Source: an uncultured Verrucomicrobiae bacterium (GTDB lineage Bacteria; Verrucomicrobiota; Verrucomicrobiia; Palsa-1439). From it: DNA of 64,000 bases. Both the position numbers and the translations under genes were made by a program. The stretch lies in the NCBI GenBank assembly GCA_963812605.1, contig CAWEWF010000001.1:627378-691377 (forward strand), given 5' to 3'. Position 1 is the stretch's first letter. Each line of letters begins with the position of its first letter. The notes below the pieces were generated by a model that saw only the letters and a list, made by a program, of their open reading frames with translations, was not told the DNA's origin and did no database searches. Positions 11,901-23,726 of this stretch are shown here, piece by piece.

Positions 11901-14900
11901 ACTCATCAGCGGGCCCTTATTACTCTCCTGGTTGCTGGCGCCCGCGGCGGCATGGTGGATCAGCCAACCGATTGCCCTTACAACGAGTGTCTTGACGGAA
12001 GATCAACGCGCATTTCTTCGGTTCACCGCACGCCAGACCTGGCGCTACTTTGAAGTGTTCGTCGGGCCGGAGGAGAACTGGCTGCCACCGGATAATTTTC
12101 AGGAGATTCCGGTTCCGACCGTCACTTCCCGCACATCCCCGACGAATATCGGCATGGCATTGCTGGCCAATTTGGCTGCGTACGATTTTGGGTATATCAC
12201 GGTTGGGCAGTTACTGGATCGAACTGACGAGACAATCTCCGCGATGGAAAAACTGGAACATTACCGCGGCCATTTATACAACTGGTATGACACCCGCGCG
12301 ATGAAAGCGCTGCATCCCTATTACGTGTCGAGTGTCGATAGCGGCAACCTGGCCGGCGCCCTGTTTGCTTTGCGGGCCGGTCTTTGGGAACTCAAATCCC
12401 AGCCGGTTTTCTCAACGCGTACTTTCGACGGTCTCGCGGATACCCTGGCCATCTTGTCGTCCTTGCCGGGTTCGTCCGCTCCTTGGGAACGGTTGCGTGA
12501 GAAGCTTCCATCATCAATCCCAACCCTCGCCGCTTCCCGGGATCTGCTACAGGAGCTCGAGCCGGGATGCGGCTGAATTGATCGCCGCTCTCCCGGAAAA
12601 GGGGATGCGCAATACAAATGGTGGGCACAGGCTTTCGAGGAACAATGTCGTGAAGCCGCGGCGAATTTTTCCCTGGTTGGACCCGAGATTCAGCACTTCA
12701 AAAACATCCCCACGTTGGCGGAGGCGGCGAAACTTTCCGACGGCAGCGGTCCCGCGGTTGCCTGTCTTAAGCGAATCGAAAGCCTGGCCGAGCGTTGCAG
12801 CGAACAGGCGGAAATGGATTTCTCCTTTCTGTATGATAACTCACGCGGTCTTCTTTCGATTGGCTATAACATCACCGACCGCCGATTGGATCCCTCGTAC
12901 TACGATCTCCTCGCCTCGGAAGCGCGGCTGGCAAGTTTCATCCTTATCGCCCAGGACCAGGTGCCGCAGGACCACTGGTTTGCCTTGGGCCGAAAGCTTA
13001 CCAGCGTCGATGGTAGCATGGCGCTTTTGTCCTGGAGCGGGTCGATGTTCGAGTATCTCATGCCCGTCCTGCTGATGCCCACTTACGAGAATACACTGCT
13101 TGATCAAACCTACCGCGTGGTTGTGGACCGCCAGATCGAGTATGGAGGTCAGCGGGACGTGCCCTGGGGTATTTCTGAATCCTGCTACAACGCAACCGAT
13201 GCCAGCAGCGTCTATCAATATCGCTCCTTCGGAGTTCCGGGCCTGGGATTCAAGCGCGGCCTTGGCGAAGACCTGGTCATTGCGCCTTACGCTTCGGCGC
13301 TGGCGCTCATGGTCGCGCCGCGGGAAGCCTGTCGCAATTTGGAACTCCTGGCAAAGGATGGTTTCCGCGGCGCGTACGGATTCTATGAGGCCATTGATTT
13401 TACGCCGGCCCGGTTGCCGCTGGGCAAAACCAGCGTCGCAGTCCGCAATTTCATGGTACATCACCAGGGGATGGCATTGCTCTCCGTGGCGCACGTTTTA
13501 TTGAACCGTCCCATGCAGCGACGATTCATGTCCGATCCCTATTTCAAGGCGACCGATCTCTTGTTGCATGAGCGCCTCCCCGACTCGGCGGCGATGCTGC
13601 AGCCACATGCCCCGGAAGTCAGCGCCACGCGCAAACCTTACGACGAGCAGGAAACCGCCATGCGCGTGTTCACGACGCCCGATACGCCGCTGCCGCAACC
13701 TCACCTGCTTTCCAATGGTCGGTATCATGTTATGGCCACCAACGCGGGGGGGGGATATAGCCGATGGAAAGGGCTGGCAATCACCCGTTGGCGCGAGGAT
13801 GCCACGCGCGATTGCTGGGGCACTTTTTGTTATTTGCGCGATGCTGCCAGCGGACGCTTCTGGTCCACCGCCTATCAACCAACGCTGCGTCCTTCGAAAA
13901 GTTACGAGGCGATTTTTGTTCCCGGCCGCGCCGAATACCGTCGCCGGGATGAGGGGATCGACACCCACACCGAAATCAGCGTCTCGCCGGAAGATGATGT
14001 CGAGGTGCGGCGCGTGACGGTCACCAATTTCTCGCCGAACAGGCGCACGATTGAATTGACCAGTTACGCGGAAGTCGTTATCGCCCCGCAAAATACCGAC
14101 CTGGCCCACCCGGCGTTCAGCAATTTGTTCGTGCAAACCGAAATCCTTCGCGATCGAAACGCGGTGCTGTGCACCCGCCGTCCGCGTTCGCCCGCCGAAA
14201 CGCCACCGTGGATGTTTCATTTGCTGACTACACAAGGCTCGCCGGCGGGCAACGCGTCCTTCGAGACCGACCGGGCGAAATTTATCGGACGCGGCCGAAC
14301 GGCGGCCAATCCCCGGGCTTTTGACAAAATTGCGCCCCTGTCGGATAGCGCCGGTGCGGTACTCGATCCCATCGTCGCGATTCGACAAGCGGTGATCATT
14401 GATCCGGACACTTCCGCCAACGTACACATCATTTCCGGCATGGCAGAAACCCGGGACACCGCCCTGGCATTGATTGATAAATATCGCGATCCCAGTTTCG
14501 CGGCGCGCGCCTTCGAGATGGCCTGGTCGCACAGCCAGGTCGTGTTGCGAAATCTGCGGGCGACGGAAGCGGATGCGCAGCTCTTTGGCCAATTGGCGGC
14601 TTCGGTGCTTTTTGCCAACCAGCTCCATCGGGCCAACGCCAGCATCCTGGCGCGCAACCAGCGCGGGCAATCCGGCCTGTGGGGATTCGGCATCTCGGGG
14701 GATTTGCCCATCGTGCTGCTGCGAATTGGGGATTTGAACCGCGCCGATTTTGTCAGGCAGGTTCTCCAGGCCCATTCCTACTGGCGCGCCAAAGGACTGG
14801 AAGTTGACCTGGTGATCCTGAACGAGGATTTTTCCGGCTACCGCCAGGCGTTACAGGACCGTCTGATGAGCCTGATTGCGGCGGCGACCGAGGCGCATCT

Positions 14901-17526
14901 GCTGGACAAGCCTGGCGGGATCTTCTTGCGACGCAGCGAACAGTTGTCAGAGGAAGACCGCGTCCTGTTGCAAACAGTGGCGCGGGTTGTTTTGACCGAT
15001 AGCTCCGAGACATTGGCCGAACAAGTGGAGCGGCGCGCGCCGGCAGAGCGGAAAATCCCCCGCTTTTCCGTGACGAGATCAATCGTCGCCGAAAGTCCCC
15101 GGCCACTGCAGCAACGTGAGGCCGTATTCTTCAATGGGTTCGGTGGTTTTACTCCCGACGGGCGCGAATACGTCATTACCCTGGCACCGGGCCAGGTCAC
15201 GCCCGCTCCCTGGGCGAACGTGCTGGCCAGCGCACAGATTGGCACGGTGATTTCCGAGAGCGGTGGCGCCTACACGTGGGTGGATAACGCCCACGAGTTT
15301 CGGCTCACTCCCTGGCACAATGATCCGCTCTGCGACACCAGCGGCGAGGCGTTTTACATCCGTGATGAAGAGACGGGGCAGTTTTGGTCGCCGACACCGT
15401 TGCCCGCGCGCGCCAGTGGCTCCTATGTCTGCCGACATGGTTTTGGATACAGCATCTTCGAGTGCGCGGAGGGCGGCATCGAATCAGAATTCTGCGTGAC
15501 CGTGGCCATGGATGCCCCCGTGAAATTGATGACCGTTAAACTGCGTAATCGCTCAGGTCGCAAGCGACGGGTATCGGTCACCGGCTATTGGGAATTGGTG
15601 CTCGGGGAATCGCGGCAGTCGAATTTGATGCACGTGGTCACCGATTTGGACCCGAGCACCGGCGCTCTCTGCGCCCGCAACGCTTACAACCGTGAGTTTG
15701 CGGAAAAGGTCGTTTTTGTGAGCGTCAGCGAGGCCGGACGCACGGTTACCGGGAGCCGCCGTGAGTTTCTGGGTCGCAATGGCACGCTGGGCAACCCCGC
15801 AGCGATGCGACTTTCGCAACTTTCTGGCCGGACGGGCGCAGGTCTCGATCCCTGCGCGGCCCTGCAAGTACCCTTTGATCTGGCGGCAGGTGAAGAACGC
15901 GAGGTGGTGTTTGTGCTCGGCGCCGGTCGCAATACCGAAGAGGCGCAGCAACTGGCGCGGCGATTCAGCAATGTGGCCAGCGCCCACCGGGCGTTGAACG
16001 GCGTGTGGGAATTCTGGAAACGAACGCTCGGTGTCATGTACGTCGAGACGCCCGACGCGGGTTTGAACATCCTGGTGAACGGTTGGTTGGAGTATCAAAC
16101 GCTGGCTTGTCGTTACGGTGGAAGGAGCGGCTACTATCAATCCGGCGGCGCATACGGTTTCCGCGATCAACTTCAGGACACCGTGGCGCTGATCCACGCC
16201 GCTCCCTGGTCGACACGAGAGCAACTGGTGCGTTGCGCCGGCCGTCAATTTCGCGAGGGCGATGTCCAACATTGGTGGCATCCGCCGACCGGTCGCGGCG
16301 TCCGCACTCACTTCTCAGATGATTACCTTTGGCTGCCCTACGCGGCCTGCGAGTATGTGGCGGCAACGGGCGATACCGGGGTACTGGAGGAGCGCATTCC
16401 GTTTCTGGAAGGCCGGTTGGTGAATCCCGACGAGGAATCGTATTATGATCTGCCGCAACGATCGGAGGAATCCGCTACTTTGTATGAGCATTGCGTCCGG
16501 GCGGTCAAGTACGGGTTGAGATTTGGCGAGCATGGTCTGCCGCTCATGGGGTGCGGTGATTGGAATGATGGCATGAATCTCGTCGGCCATCAGGGCAAGG
16601 GGGAAAGCGTCTGGCTGGCTTTCTTTCTCCACCATGTGTTGCAACAGTTCGCGAAATTGGCGCAACGCAAAGGCGAGGGGACATTCGCCGATCAATGCGT
16701 TTTGGAAGCCGACCGCCTGCGCCAGAACATCGAACGAAATGCGTGGGATGGAAACTGGTATCGGCGCGCTTATTTCGACGATGGCACGCCGCTGGGTTCA
16801 GCCACGAATGATGAATGCCAGATTGATTCCATTGCGCAAAGCTGGGCGGTGCTTTCTTCCGCCGCCGACCCGCAACGGGCGCGCTCGGCCATGGAAGCCG
16901 TAAACCAGCGTCTCGTTCACCGCGAAAACAAGCTGATTCAACTACTCGATCCGCCGTTCGACAAGTCTGCCCTCCAGCCCGGTTACATTAAAGGCTACGT
17001 TCCTGGCGTGCGCGAGAACGGCGGCCAGTACACGCATGGCGCCATCTGGGCTGTCATCGCTTTCGCCGAACTGGGAGACATCGAGCGGGCGTGGGAATTA
17101 TTCTCGATGCTGAACCCAATTCGTCACGCAACCAATCCAAGCGAGGTCGATGTTTACAAAGTCGAACCTTACGTTGTCGCCGCGGATGTGTATGCCCAGG
17201 CGCCGCACGCCGGCCGTGGCGGTTGGACCTGGTATACGGGTTCGGCGGGCTGGATGTTTCGGTTGATCGTGGAAACATTGCTCGGATTGCGATTGGAAGT
17301 GGATAAACTGCATATGAATCCGCGCCTGCCCCGTGCCTGGGAGTCTTTCAAAATCCATTACCGTTACCGCGAGACGTTCTATCACATCACGGTGAAAAAG
17401 GTGAAATCAGAGACGACGCCAGCGATTCGCCTAACCGTGGATGGCGCGGTGCGAGTCGACGCCACGATCCCGCTGATCGATGACCGACGGGAACACCAGG
17501 TTGAAGTCCTGGTTGCCGGGGAATAG
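8953..17526 (+). CDS. ndvB: cyclic beta-1,2-glucan synthase (GT84 + glucoamylase-like + GH94), frameshifted at ~12558-12605
   Basis: WLLDNFYLI, WMGYERKRGKL, VITLDTDT, GKGIYDV, LSHDL, RRHRWIRGDWQ, SWSGSMFEYLMP, QSGGAYGFRDQLQD, GDWNDGMN, RENGGQYTH. Joined length about 2,850 aa fits Cgs/NdvB. Confidence 0.93.
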
Positions 17527-17531
17527 CCTGC

Positions 17532-18107
17532 TTAAAGCGACGAGAGCAACTGCATTACGTTCTTGGAATGTTGGTCGCACTGTTTTGAGAACTCGCGAAG
17601 AAAGGATTCTCTCTCTTTGTTGTCGTCCTGATTCTCCAGCACGCCGGCGAGATGAGAAGCATAATTCAGCGCCTGAGCTTGGGTCAGCAAAAGTCGCAAC
17701 TCGAGCTCCTTTCCCGTGGAAAAGAGCAGGTTTTTGGTAGTCGTCGCCTGAATCGAATCACGAGTTTTCTCTTCGAGGGCCGGCAGATGCTTGGTTTGGA
17801 AATTGAGGCTGCCATCCTGGCGCGCGAAGGCGTCGAGTTGTTCTTGCGCCTGGCGAAATGTTTGCGCGATCTCCTTGATCTCGTTCGCAGTCCTGGCGCT
17901 GACGCGTTTCAGGATCAGGATTTTATCCACATCCCGCTGCTTTGTCGTGAGTTCGTAGAGGAGGCTAAAGCCCTCGTTGCGGCTCCGGTACCGGGCGCCC
18001 ACAAACGGGATTTTCTCCTGCACCGAAGCGCAACCAGCACAGGCCAGAACGCCGATAGCAACCACCATTGCAGTGGAAGCGACCCCGCTATACCTGGCCA
18101 AATTCAC
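17532..18107 (-). CDS. putative lipoprotein, helical-bundle hypothetical
   Basis: Hydrophobic N-terminus with CAGC lipobox; amphipathic helical body; downstream of YtxH on the same strand. Confidence 0.6.
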   Translation of the reverse strand: MNLARYSGVASTAMVVAIGVLACAGCASVQEKIPFVGARYRSRNEGFSLLYELTTKQRDVDKILILKRVSARTANEIKEIAQTFRQAQEQLDAFARQDGSLNFQTKHLPALEEKTRDSIQATTTKNLLFSTGKELELRLLLTQAQALNYASHLAGVLENQDDNKERESFLREFSKQCDQHSKNVMQLLSSL

Positions 18108-18189
18108 TTAGGTTCATGCAAGAGCCTCTCCCCTGACGTGGCGGCCCCGCCGCCGATCAAGTTTCGGTCGAGGCCGCCGTGGGCCCTGT

Positions 18190-18480
18190 TTACCCGTGCT
18201 TGGAATGCTTCGCGTGCGCGCCGTGCAGGGCTTCCTTACCCGTCTCCAGGGCGCCTGCGATCTCTTCTTTCGCGTGTTGGATTGTTTCCTTCGCGTCCTC
18301 AACGATGTCGGCGGCCCTGTTCTTCAGTTGACCGGCGCGACGCTTCAGGAGTTTGCGCGTCTCTTTGCCGGAACAGGGCGCATAGAGTAACGCGATTCCA
18401 GCGCCTACCAGCGCACCGATGGCCACAGCGGTCAAATAGCCTCCGACCGGAGATGCATTGTTGCCGTTATCTTCTGACAT
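18190..18480 (-). CDS. YtxH domain general stress protein
   Basis: IGALVGAGIALLYAPCSGKETRK signature. Confidence 0.9.
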   Translation of the reverse strand: MSEDNGNNASPVGGYLTAVAIGALVGAGIALLYAPCSGKETRKLLKRRAGQLKNRAADIVEDAKETIQHAKEEIAGALETGKEALHGAHAKHSKHG

Positions 18481-18516
18481 AATTTGGCTCCCCTCTTTTA
18501 TTATAGGTGGTTCGTT

Positions 18517-18939
18517 TCATTGTACGCTTTGTTTTGATTCATTGCGGCGGGAGAAATGGAGCAACGCGTGCAGAAACCCGGTCACTCCGGTGCGCAGCAG
18601 GCTCATGTTTCTCACGATGGTGAAAACAGGCGGCTCGACAACCGATCCCACTTCGTGCAGGAAATGGTCCGCGTGTTCTGTCCACTCGCGCACGGTCGCA
18701 ACCACCTGATCCACTTCATCCAATTGCTTGCTGGCCCGTTTTGAAAGTTCCGTGACGTTGCGCATCAATTCCTGACTATGCTCGACGAGGGTGCGCATGT
18801 CGGCCTTCGATTCTTTCGCTGCGCACACCAGGCTATCCAGGCCCGAGCGCATTCGAAACGCCAGAGGAACCAGGCAGACAACCAGCACGATGATCGCCAG
18901 TGATGCGAGAAATAGAGCAACCTGTAAAGTGATCGACAT
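18517..18939 (-). CDS. DUF948 (YoxC-like) membrane-anchored coiled-coil protein
   Basis: N-terminal TM helix then heptad coiled coil; canonical neighbour of YtxH; RBS GGGAGG. Confidence 0.7.
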   Translation of the reverse strand: MSITLQVALFLASLAIIVLVVCLVPLAFRMRSGLDSLVCAAKESKADMRTLVEHSQELMRNVTELSKRASKQLDEVDQVVATVREWTEHADHFLHEVGSVVEPPVFTIVRNMSLLRTGVTGFLHALLHFSRRNESKQSVQ

Positions 18940-19000
18940 ATCAGTTTTCAACCTCCCTTGAAGTTTACTGTCTACCCGCACCGGCGCAAGATGGCGGCTG

Positions 19001-19028
19001 GCTGATTGCGACCTCGGCTGTATTCCTA
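19001..19028 (+). promoter_or_regulatory. composite site GCTGA TTGCG ACCTC GGC TGTAT TCCTA
   Basis: Lies between the divergent DUF948 and Dps genes. Confidence 0.55.
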
Positions 19029-19128
19029 GGCCCCCCAATAAATTGCCCTAACCAACAACCAGATGGTGTGCGGATTGAAGGATCCCAGAAAATGGAGCAC
19101 GCTTCCGGCAGACTGGAGGAGCTAGTTT

Positions 19129-19716
19129 ATGAAGCTTGCAGACCTACGGCCTTTTGGTCACAGAGGGGAAGTCAAACCCATGATCCATGCCTGTCGTCAC
19201 CTGGACGCAGATTATTATCCGCAGGCTCATCCCCGGGTATTGACCGGCCTTTCCCCGGAACTTGCGGAAGGTGTAATCCAGATCCTCAATCGACTACTGG
19301 CTGATGAGATTTTTCTATATGCCAAAACCCGCGACTATCACTGGAACCTCGCCGGTCCACAATCCCGCAATTTGCGCGAATTGTTTGGGTCCCAATACGA
19401 AGAACTCGCCAGGGTGGGCGACAGTGTTGCAGAACGGGCCCGCAAGGCGCACAGTTCCCTGGAGGAGGCGCGGGATCACTCGCAGTTCAAAGACACTCTT
19501 GAACACGACCTGCCCGCCGAGGTGATGATCGAGAACCTGGTGGTGGACCACGAAGCGATCATTCGCCGGCTGCGGGAGGACATCGAAACCTGCGCCGACA
19601 AGTTCCATGACACGGATACCAACAACTTTCTCACCGACCTGATGGAACAACATGAAACATTCGCGTGGATGTTGCGGGCTTGCCTTGGGCAACGCGAAAG
19701 CCCTGATCCCGCGTGA
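19129..19716 (+). CDS. dps: Dps-family ferritin-like protein
   Basis: LNRLLADE...LYAKTRDYHWN, D..AER, MIENLVVDHE, DTDTNNFLTDLMEQHETFAWMLR. Confidence 0.85.
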   Translation: MKLADLRPFGHRGEVKPMIHACRHLDADYYPQAHPRVLTGLSPELAEGVIQILNRLLADEIFLYAKTRDYHWNLAGPQSRNLRELFGSQYEELARVGDSVAERARKAHSSLEEARDHSQFKDTLEHDLPAEVMIENLVVDHEAIIRRLREDIETCADKFHDTDTNNFLTDLMEQHETFAWMLRACLGQRESPDPA

Positions 19717-19797
19717 TTGATCCTCGAGACGGCGAACTTTTTCACGCGCTATCCCCGCCGTTTGCGAAGCACCGGTGGGAGTCGGCAGCCGATTTGC

Positions 19798-20202
19798 ATG
19801 AGTGACAAGGTTTCACAATCCCGGGGACACACGAGCGTTCCCGCTGAGAAACGAGCCACTGAATACCTGGCCAACGAACGCACGTTTCTGGCCTGGATCA
19901 GGACCAGCATTGCGGTTATTAGCGCCGGAATTGTGATCAGCCGCCTGGCGATATGGCTTCGTTATCTCTCGCCAGTTAAAAAGGGAACTCCCCCGCAGAA
20001 TAGTTTCTCGTTCATCGTGGGTTTCTCCATGATTGTATTGGGTGGGGTCGTTTCGCTCCTGGCGGTCTGGCGTTATCATGTCGTCAATCGCGCAATCGAC
20101 GAAGGTCGCGTCAAACCCGATCGGGGCCTGGTGATTCTGGTGACCTTTCTGGTCGTGCTATTGGTGGCGGGAGTTATTGGCTTTATGTTGTGGAGCGACT
20201 AA
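19798..20202 (+). CDS. DUF202 (YidH) inner membrane protein
   Basis: EYLANERTFLAWIRTS signature and three TM helices. Confidence 0.9.
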   Translation: MSDKVSQSRGHTSVPAEKRATEYLANERTFLAWIRTSIAVISAGIVISRLAIWLRYLSPVKKGTPPQNSFSFIVGFSMIVLGGVVSLLAVWRYHVVNRAIDEGRVKPDRGLVILVTFLVVLLVAGVIGFMLWSD

Positions 20203-20257
20203 GGCCTCTCTTGGCGGCGAATCCACACGGCGATTTTAGGCCCGTGGGTATAGCGCG

Positions 20258-20824
20258 TTAGAATCCGAAGCTGACCCCACCGCGCACCAAGGTATAGTTC
20301 GCGGTCTTATCGGGAAAAACTTCGCGCGCATCGGCGAATATGCCCAGATTGCGGCTGAACTTGTATTCCAGTCCGCCGCCACCGTGCCACGTAAACTGCG
20401 GGATATCCTTGAATTCTCGACCGCCGCCGCCAAATCCGTACACGGCCAGCTTGGAGAATTGTTCGGGGAGTGGAAGCCGCAAAATGGCGCTGCCATTGAT
20501 GCGATACGGCCATTTCCACTCTTCGATATAAGTATCCGCCCCGATGCCCACGTAACGCAGGAAGAAGTACGTTAGCCCGAGGCCGCCGCCACCTTGATCA
20601 GCACGGAAGCCTTCGCGGTCCCGCGTGGCATAGGTGCCAAAAGCTTGCAGGCTCAGTTGATTGGCCGGAAAGGGTTCATAGGAAGTATCGAACCGCTCCG
20701 TTGTTGTCACCCGCGTGGTTTCGGTGGTTTGTACTGGAACTGTGTTATCATCCGCCATCGCGCGGGTCTGCGCGGCAACAGTGCCCAGTATAACGCCAAC
20801 CACAACCCATTTTCTTGTATTCAT
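20258..20824 (-). CDS. small outer-membrane beta-barrel protein
   Basis: Signal peptide, alternating amphipathic strands (GGGLGLTYFF, GGGGLEYKF), terminal Phe (GVSFGF). Confidence 0.8.
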   Translation of the reverse strand: MNTRKWVVVGVILGTVAAQTRAMADDNTVPVQTTETTRVTTTERFDTSYEPFPANQLSLQAFGTYATRDREGFRADQGGGGLGLTYFFLRYVGIGADTYIEEWKWPYRINGSAILRLPLPEQFSKLAVYGFGGGGREFKDIPQFTWHGGGGLEYKFSRNLGIFADAREVFPDKTANYTLVRGGVSFGF

Positions 20825-20928
20825 CTCGCGCCTCCTGGCTTGGTTATTTGAGCTCATTCGTCTTACCTGTATGCTTTCTGAATGAGACCATTGTATCCAC
20901 CGGAGGCAGCAAATCTATCGGCGGGCAG

Positions 20929-20956
20929 GCTGGTTATCTTCTAGGAGAATGGCCTA
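20929..20956 (+). promoter_or_regulatory. composite site GCTGG TTATC TTCTA GGA GAATG GCCTA
   Basis: Upstream of the beta-barrel gene. Confidence 0.65.
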
Positions 20957-20980
20957 CCCACTGCATCCTCGGCGGCCAAC

Positions 20981-23470
20981 TCAAGATAGAATGTTCAGGT
21001 TCGACTGTTTCGCGTGTGGCGTTTGCGAGTGAGAGGACAAGGACCATTGCGCAGCGGGAAACGAACAGGTGACCATGGCACCGCCATCGGGGCTGTTCCG
21101 GACTTCCAAAGTTCCACCAATCATTCGGGCGCGGTACTGCATGATTTGCAATCCCATTCCCTTTCGTTGGTTTACGCCTCCAGACGGAAGACCAATCCCG
21201 TCGTCCATAATCGAAAGGACGATATCGCCATTGGCGGCGGCCAAACGGACGGTGATTTGTTTCGCTCGGGCATGCTTGATGGCATTGTGCACGGCCTCCT
21301 GGGCAATGCGGAAAAGTTGAATCACCGACGCATCCTTGCGGTCAATACCAAAGGATTCGTCCGATTGCAGAATGCAATGCACGCCGAAGATTTGTTCGGT
21401 GGTGCGGGCCATTTCTTCCAGGGCGGATAGCAGCCCGTTCCGTTCGAGTTCGACCGGATAAAACCCCTTGGCGAGGCGCCGGACCTGCTCGACGCTTTCC
21501 AGGATCAGCTTTTCCAGCTTCTCGGCGTCCCGCGCGAGAGGCGCCGAGACACCCTCCAATTTCGTTTGCAGGGCGTTCATCATATAACTGATCCCCGCCA
21601 ACTTCTGGCCGAGGCCGTCATGCAATTCCTGGCCGAGCCGGAGCTGTTCACGCTCGATCACGCGCGCCATCTCGGCCTCGAGACGTTTGCGCTCCTCGAT
21701 TTGAGCCTGGAGTTGCTTGTGCGCCACCACCAACTCAATCGTGCGCTCCTCGACCCGCGACTCCAGTTGGCGCTGCCAGGCTTCCAATTCGGCTTCCGTG
21801 CGCTTGCGCTCGGTGATGTCCCTCGTAATCCTGGAGGCGCCAATGACCCGGCCCTCACTGTCCTTGATCGGGGAGATCGTCACGGATACATCAATCCGCC
21901 GGCCATCCTTGGCGATGTGGACCGTTTCGTGACGCTGGATTTGCTGTCCGCGCGCCAGTTTTGCCAAAACCCGGGGCTCTTCATCGCGGTGATTGGGCGG
22001 CAGCAAAATGGAAACGGACTGGCCGATGGCCTCTTGCGCGGTATATCCGTAAAGCTTTTCAGAAGCCGCGTTCCAATTCGTGATGATTCCTTTCAAATCT
22101 TTTCCGAGGATGGCGTCTTCCGAGGATTCAACAATGGCCGCCAGGCGCGCCTGTGCCTCCTCCGCCCGCTTGCGTTCGGTAATATCCACATTCACGCCGA
22201 GCATGCGCACTGGCTGCCCGTCGGGGCCATAGAAGAGCCGCGCCCGGGCAAAGAGCCAATGCACGCTGCCGTCCGGCCAGAGGATCCGAAAATCCTGCGA
22301 ATACTCTCCGCCGCGAAGCGCCCGGGTTATTTCCTGGTCGACCCGTTCGTAATCCTCCGGGTGAAGGCGTTTGTGCCAGGCTTCGTAGGTTCCCTCAAAA
22401 TCGCCGGGCCGCAATCCGAAGAGCGCTTCGAGCTCCGGCGACCAGTAATTTCTACCCGTGACGTAGCTATAATCGAAAATTCCCCAGCGGGTCACCTGTT
22501 GGGCGATTTGGGTTCGTTCCTGGTTCTCGCGCAAGGCGTCTTCGGCCAGCCGGCGCTCGGAAATGGCGGCGCCAAGCACGAGATTGGTCAGGGTGAGCGT
22601 GCTGATGTAGACTTGCAGCAGCACCAGCGATCCGTTGGTATCTTCGGAAACGAAGGGGCCAAAGTGGTGCAATGTTCCCCAGATCGCGATGCCCGAGACC
22701 ACGATCGTGGCGGAAATGGCTCCGTGGCGGCCAAAGCGGTACGCCGCCCACAAGGCCGCGGGATACAATAAAAACCGCGGATATCGGTTCAAAGATGCGG
22801 TCAATGGCTCGCCGAATCCGATCACAGTAATCGCGACGAGAACGCCGAAGACCAGTATGGCCTCAGAAAGCCGCCAATAGTTCCACCGGCCAAAACGGGT
22901 CGTGCTCCAAATCATAATCAGTGGGGTTATGGTCAGGGCGCTGACGACGTCGCCGAGCCACCATGTGGTCCAGATGGCCGGATAATCGTTCCACGGGGCA
23001 AACCCGCCCAGTGCCAGACTGGTCACGCCAACCGTGGCGCATACCATCGTGCTCGGGATGGCAGCCAGCAGGGCGAAGCGGAAAATATCGCGGGCCCGTT
23101 CAAAGGCGTATCGTCCATTGGCGAAGTAGTGAACGAGCCAGGCCCCTCCCACGGCTTCCAACGTATTTCCTCCCGCAATGCAAACCGTGGTCGCAAACGA
23201 GCCTGTGGTCGTTATATTGACGAGGAAAGCTCCCAGCCAGATACCGGGCCAGACGCGATACCCCAGAAGCAATACCGCTGCGAGGGCGATTCCGGTTGGA
23301 GGCCACACGGCGGAGGCGCTTTGGTTGAGAAACGCGAGCTTGAGGCCCAGTTTCCCCGAGACAAAATACACCAGGGCGAGCGCCGTGATTTTTGTGAGTT
23401 CAGAAACGTTCCGATGGCTCATCCGCCACGCAAGAGATGCGGTGCTGACGCGTCTGGCGTCTTCGTGCAT
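20981..23470 (-). CDS. sensor histidine kinase MASE1-PAS-PAS-HisKA_3-HATPase
   Basis: MASE1 (AVWPPTGIALA, WWLGD), two PAS/PAC domains (DITERK), H-box EREQLRLGQELHDGLGQ, FRIAQEAVHNAIKH, DDGIG. Confidence 0.93.
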   Translation of the reverse strand: MHEDARRVSTASLAWRMSHRNVSELTKITALALVYFVSGKLGLKLAFLNQSASAVWPPTGIALAAVLLLGYRVWPGIWLGAFLVNITTTGSFATTVCIAGGNTLEAVGGAWLVHYFANGRYAFERARDIFRFALLAAIPSTMVCATVGVTSLALGGFAPWNDYPAIWTTWWLGDVVSALTITPLIMIWSTTRFGRWNYWRLSEAILVFGVLVAITVIGFGEPLTASLNRYPRFLLYPAALWAAYRFGRHGAISATIVVSGIAIWGTLHHFGPFVSEDTNGSLVLLQVYISTLTLTNLVLGAAISERRLAEDALRENQERTQIAQQVTRWGIFDYSYVTGRNYWSPELEALFGLRPGDFEGTYEAWHKRLHPEDYERVDQEITRALRGGEYSQDFRILWPDGSVHWLFARARLFYGPDGQPVRMLGVNVDITERKRAEEAQARLAAIVESSEDAILGKDLKGIITNWNAASEKLYGYTAQEAIGQSVSILLPPNHRDEEPRVLAKLARGQQIQRHETVHIAKDGRRIDVSVTISPIKDSEGRVIGASRITRDITERKRTEAELEAWQRQLESRVEERTIELVVAHKQLQAQIEERKRLEAEMARVIEREQLRLGQELHDGLGQKLAGISYMMNALQTKLEGVSAPLARDAEKLEKLILESVEQVRRLAKGFYPVELERNGLLSALEEMARTTEQIFGVHCILQSDESFGIDRKDASVIQLFRIAQEAVHNAIKHARAKQITVRLAAANGDIVLSIMDDGIGLPSGGVNQRKGMGLQIMQYRARMIGGTLEVRNSPDGGAMVTCSFPAAQWSLSSHSQTPHAKQSNLNILS

Positions 23471-23561
23471 AATCTAAAACCACCCCGCAGACAACCCGTG
23501 TCTGGATTCTGCCCATCAACACACTATCATAAAAGCGTGGCCGTTGCTGCTCAGCGTACTT

Positions 23562-23701
23562 GCTGAATATGTCCTAGGATGAATTCCTAGCTACGGCTTA
23601 CGCCGAATCAGTGGCTTGGCGAATATATTGTTAACCAGAAGGTTTCCTAGAAACAAATCAGTTTCCGCACCCATTGAACCACGAAGGATTCGCGGTAAAA
23701 T
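23562..23701. promoter_or_regulatory. two oppositely oriented composite sites (perfect TAGGA TGAAT TCCTA at 23575) plus sigma70-like TTGAAC-16-TAAAAT
   Basis: GCTGA ATATG TCCTA GGA TGAAT TCCTA at 23562-23589; minus ACTGA TTTGT TTCTA GGA AACCT TCTGG at 23635-23662; -35 at 23674, -10 at 23696. Confidence 0.72.
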
Positions 23702-23726
23702 TGGCGACGAAAGGATGGGAATCATT

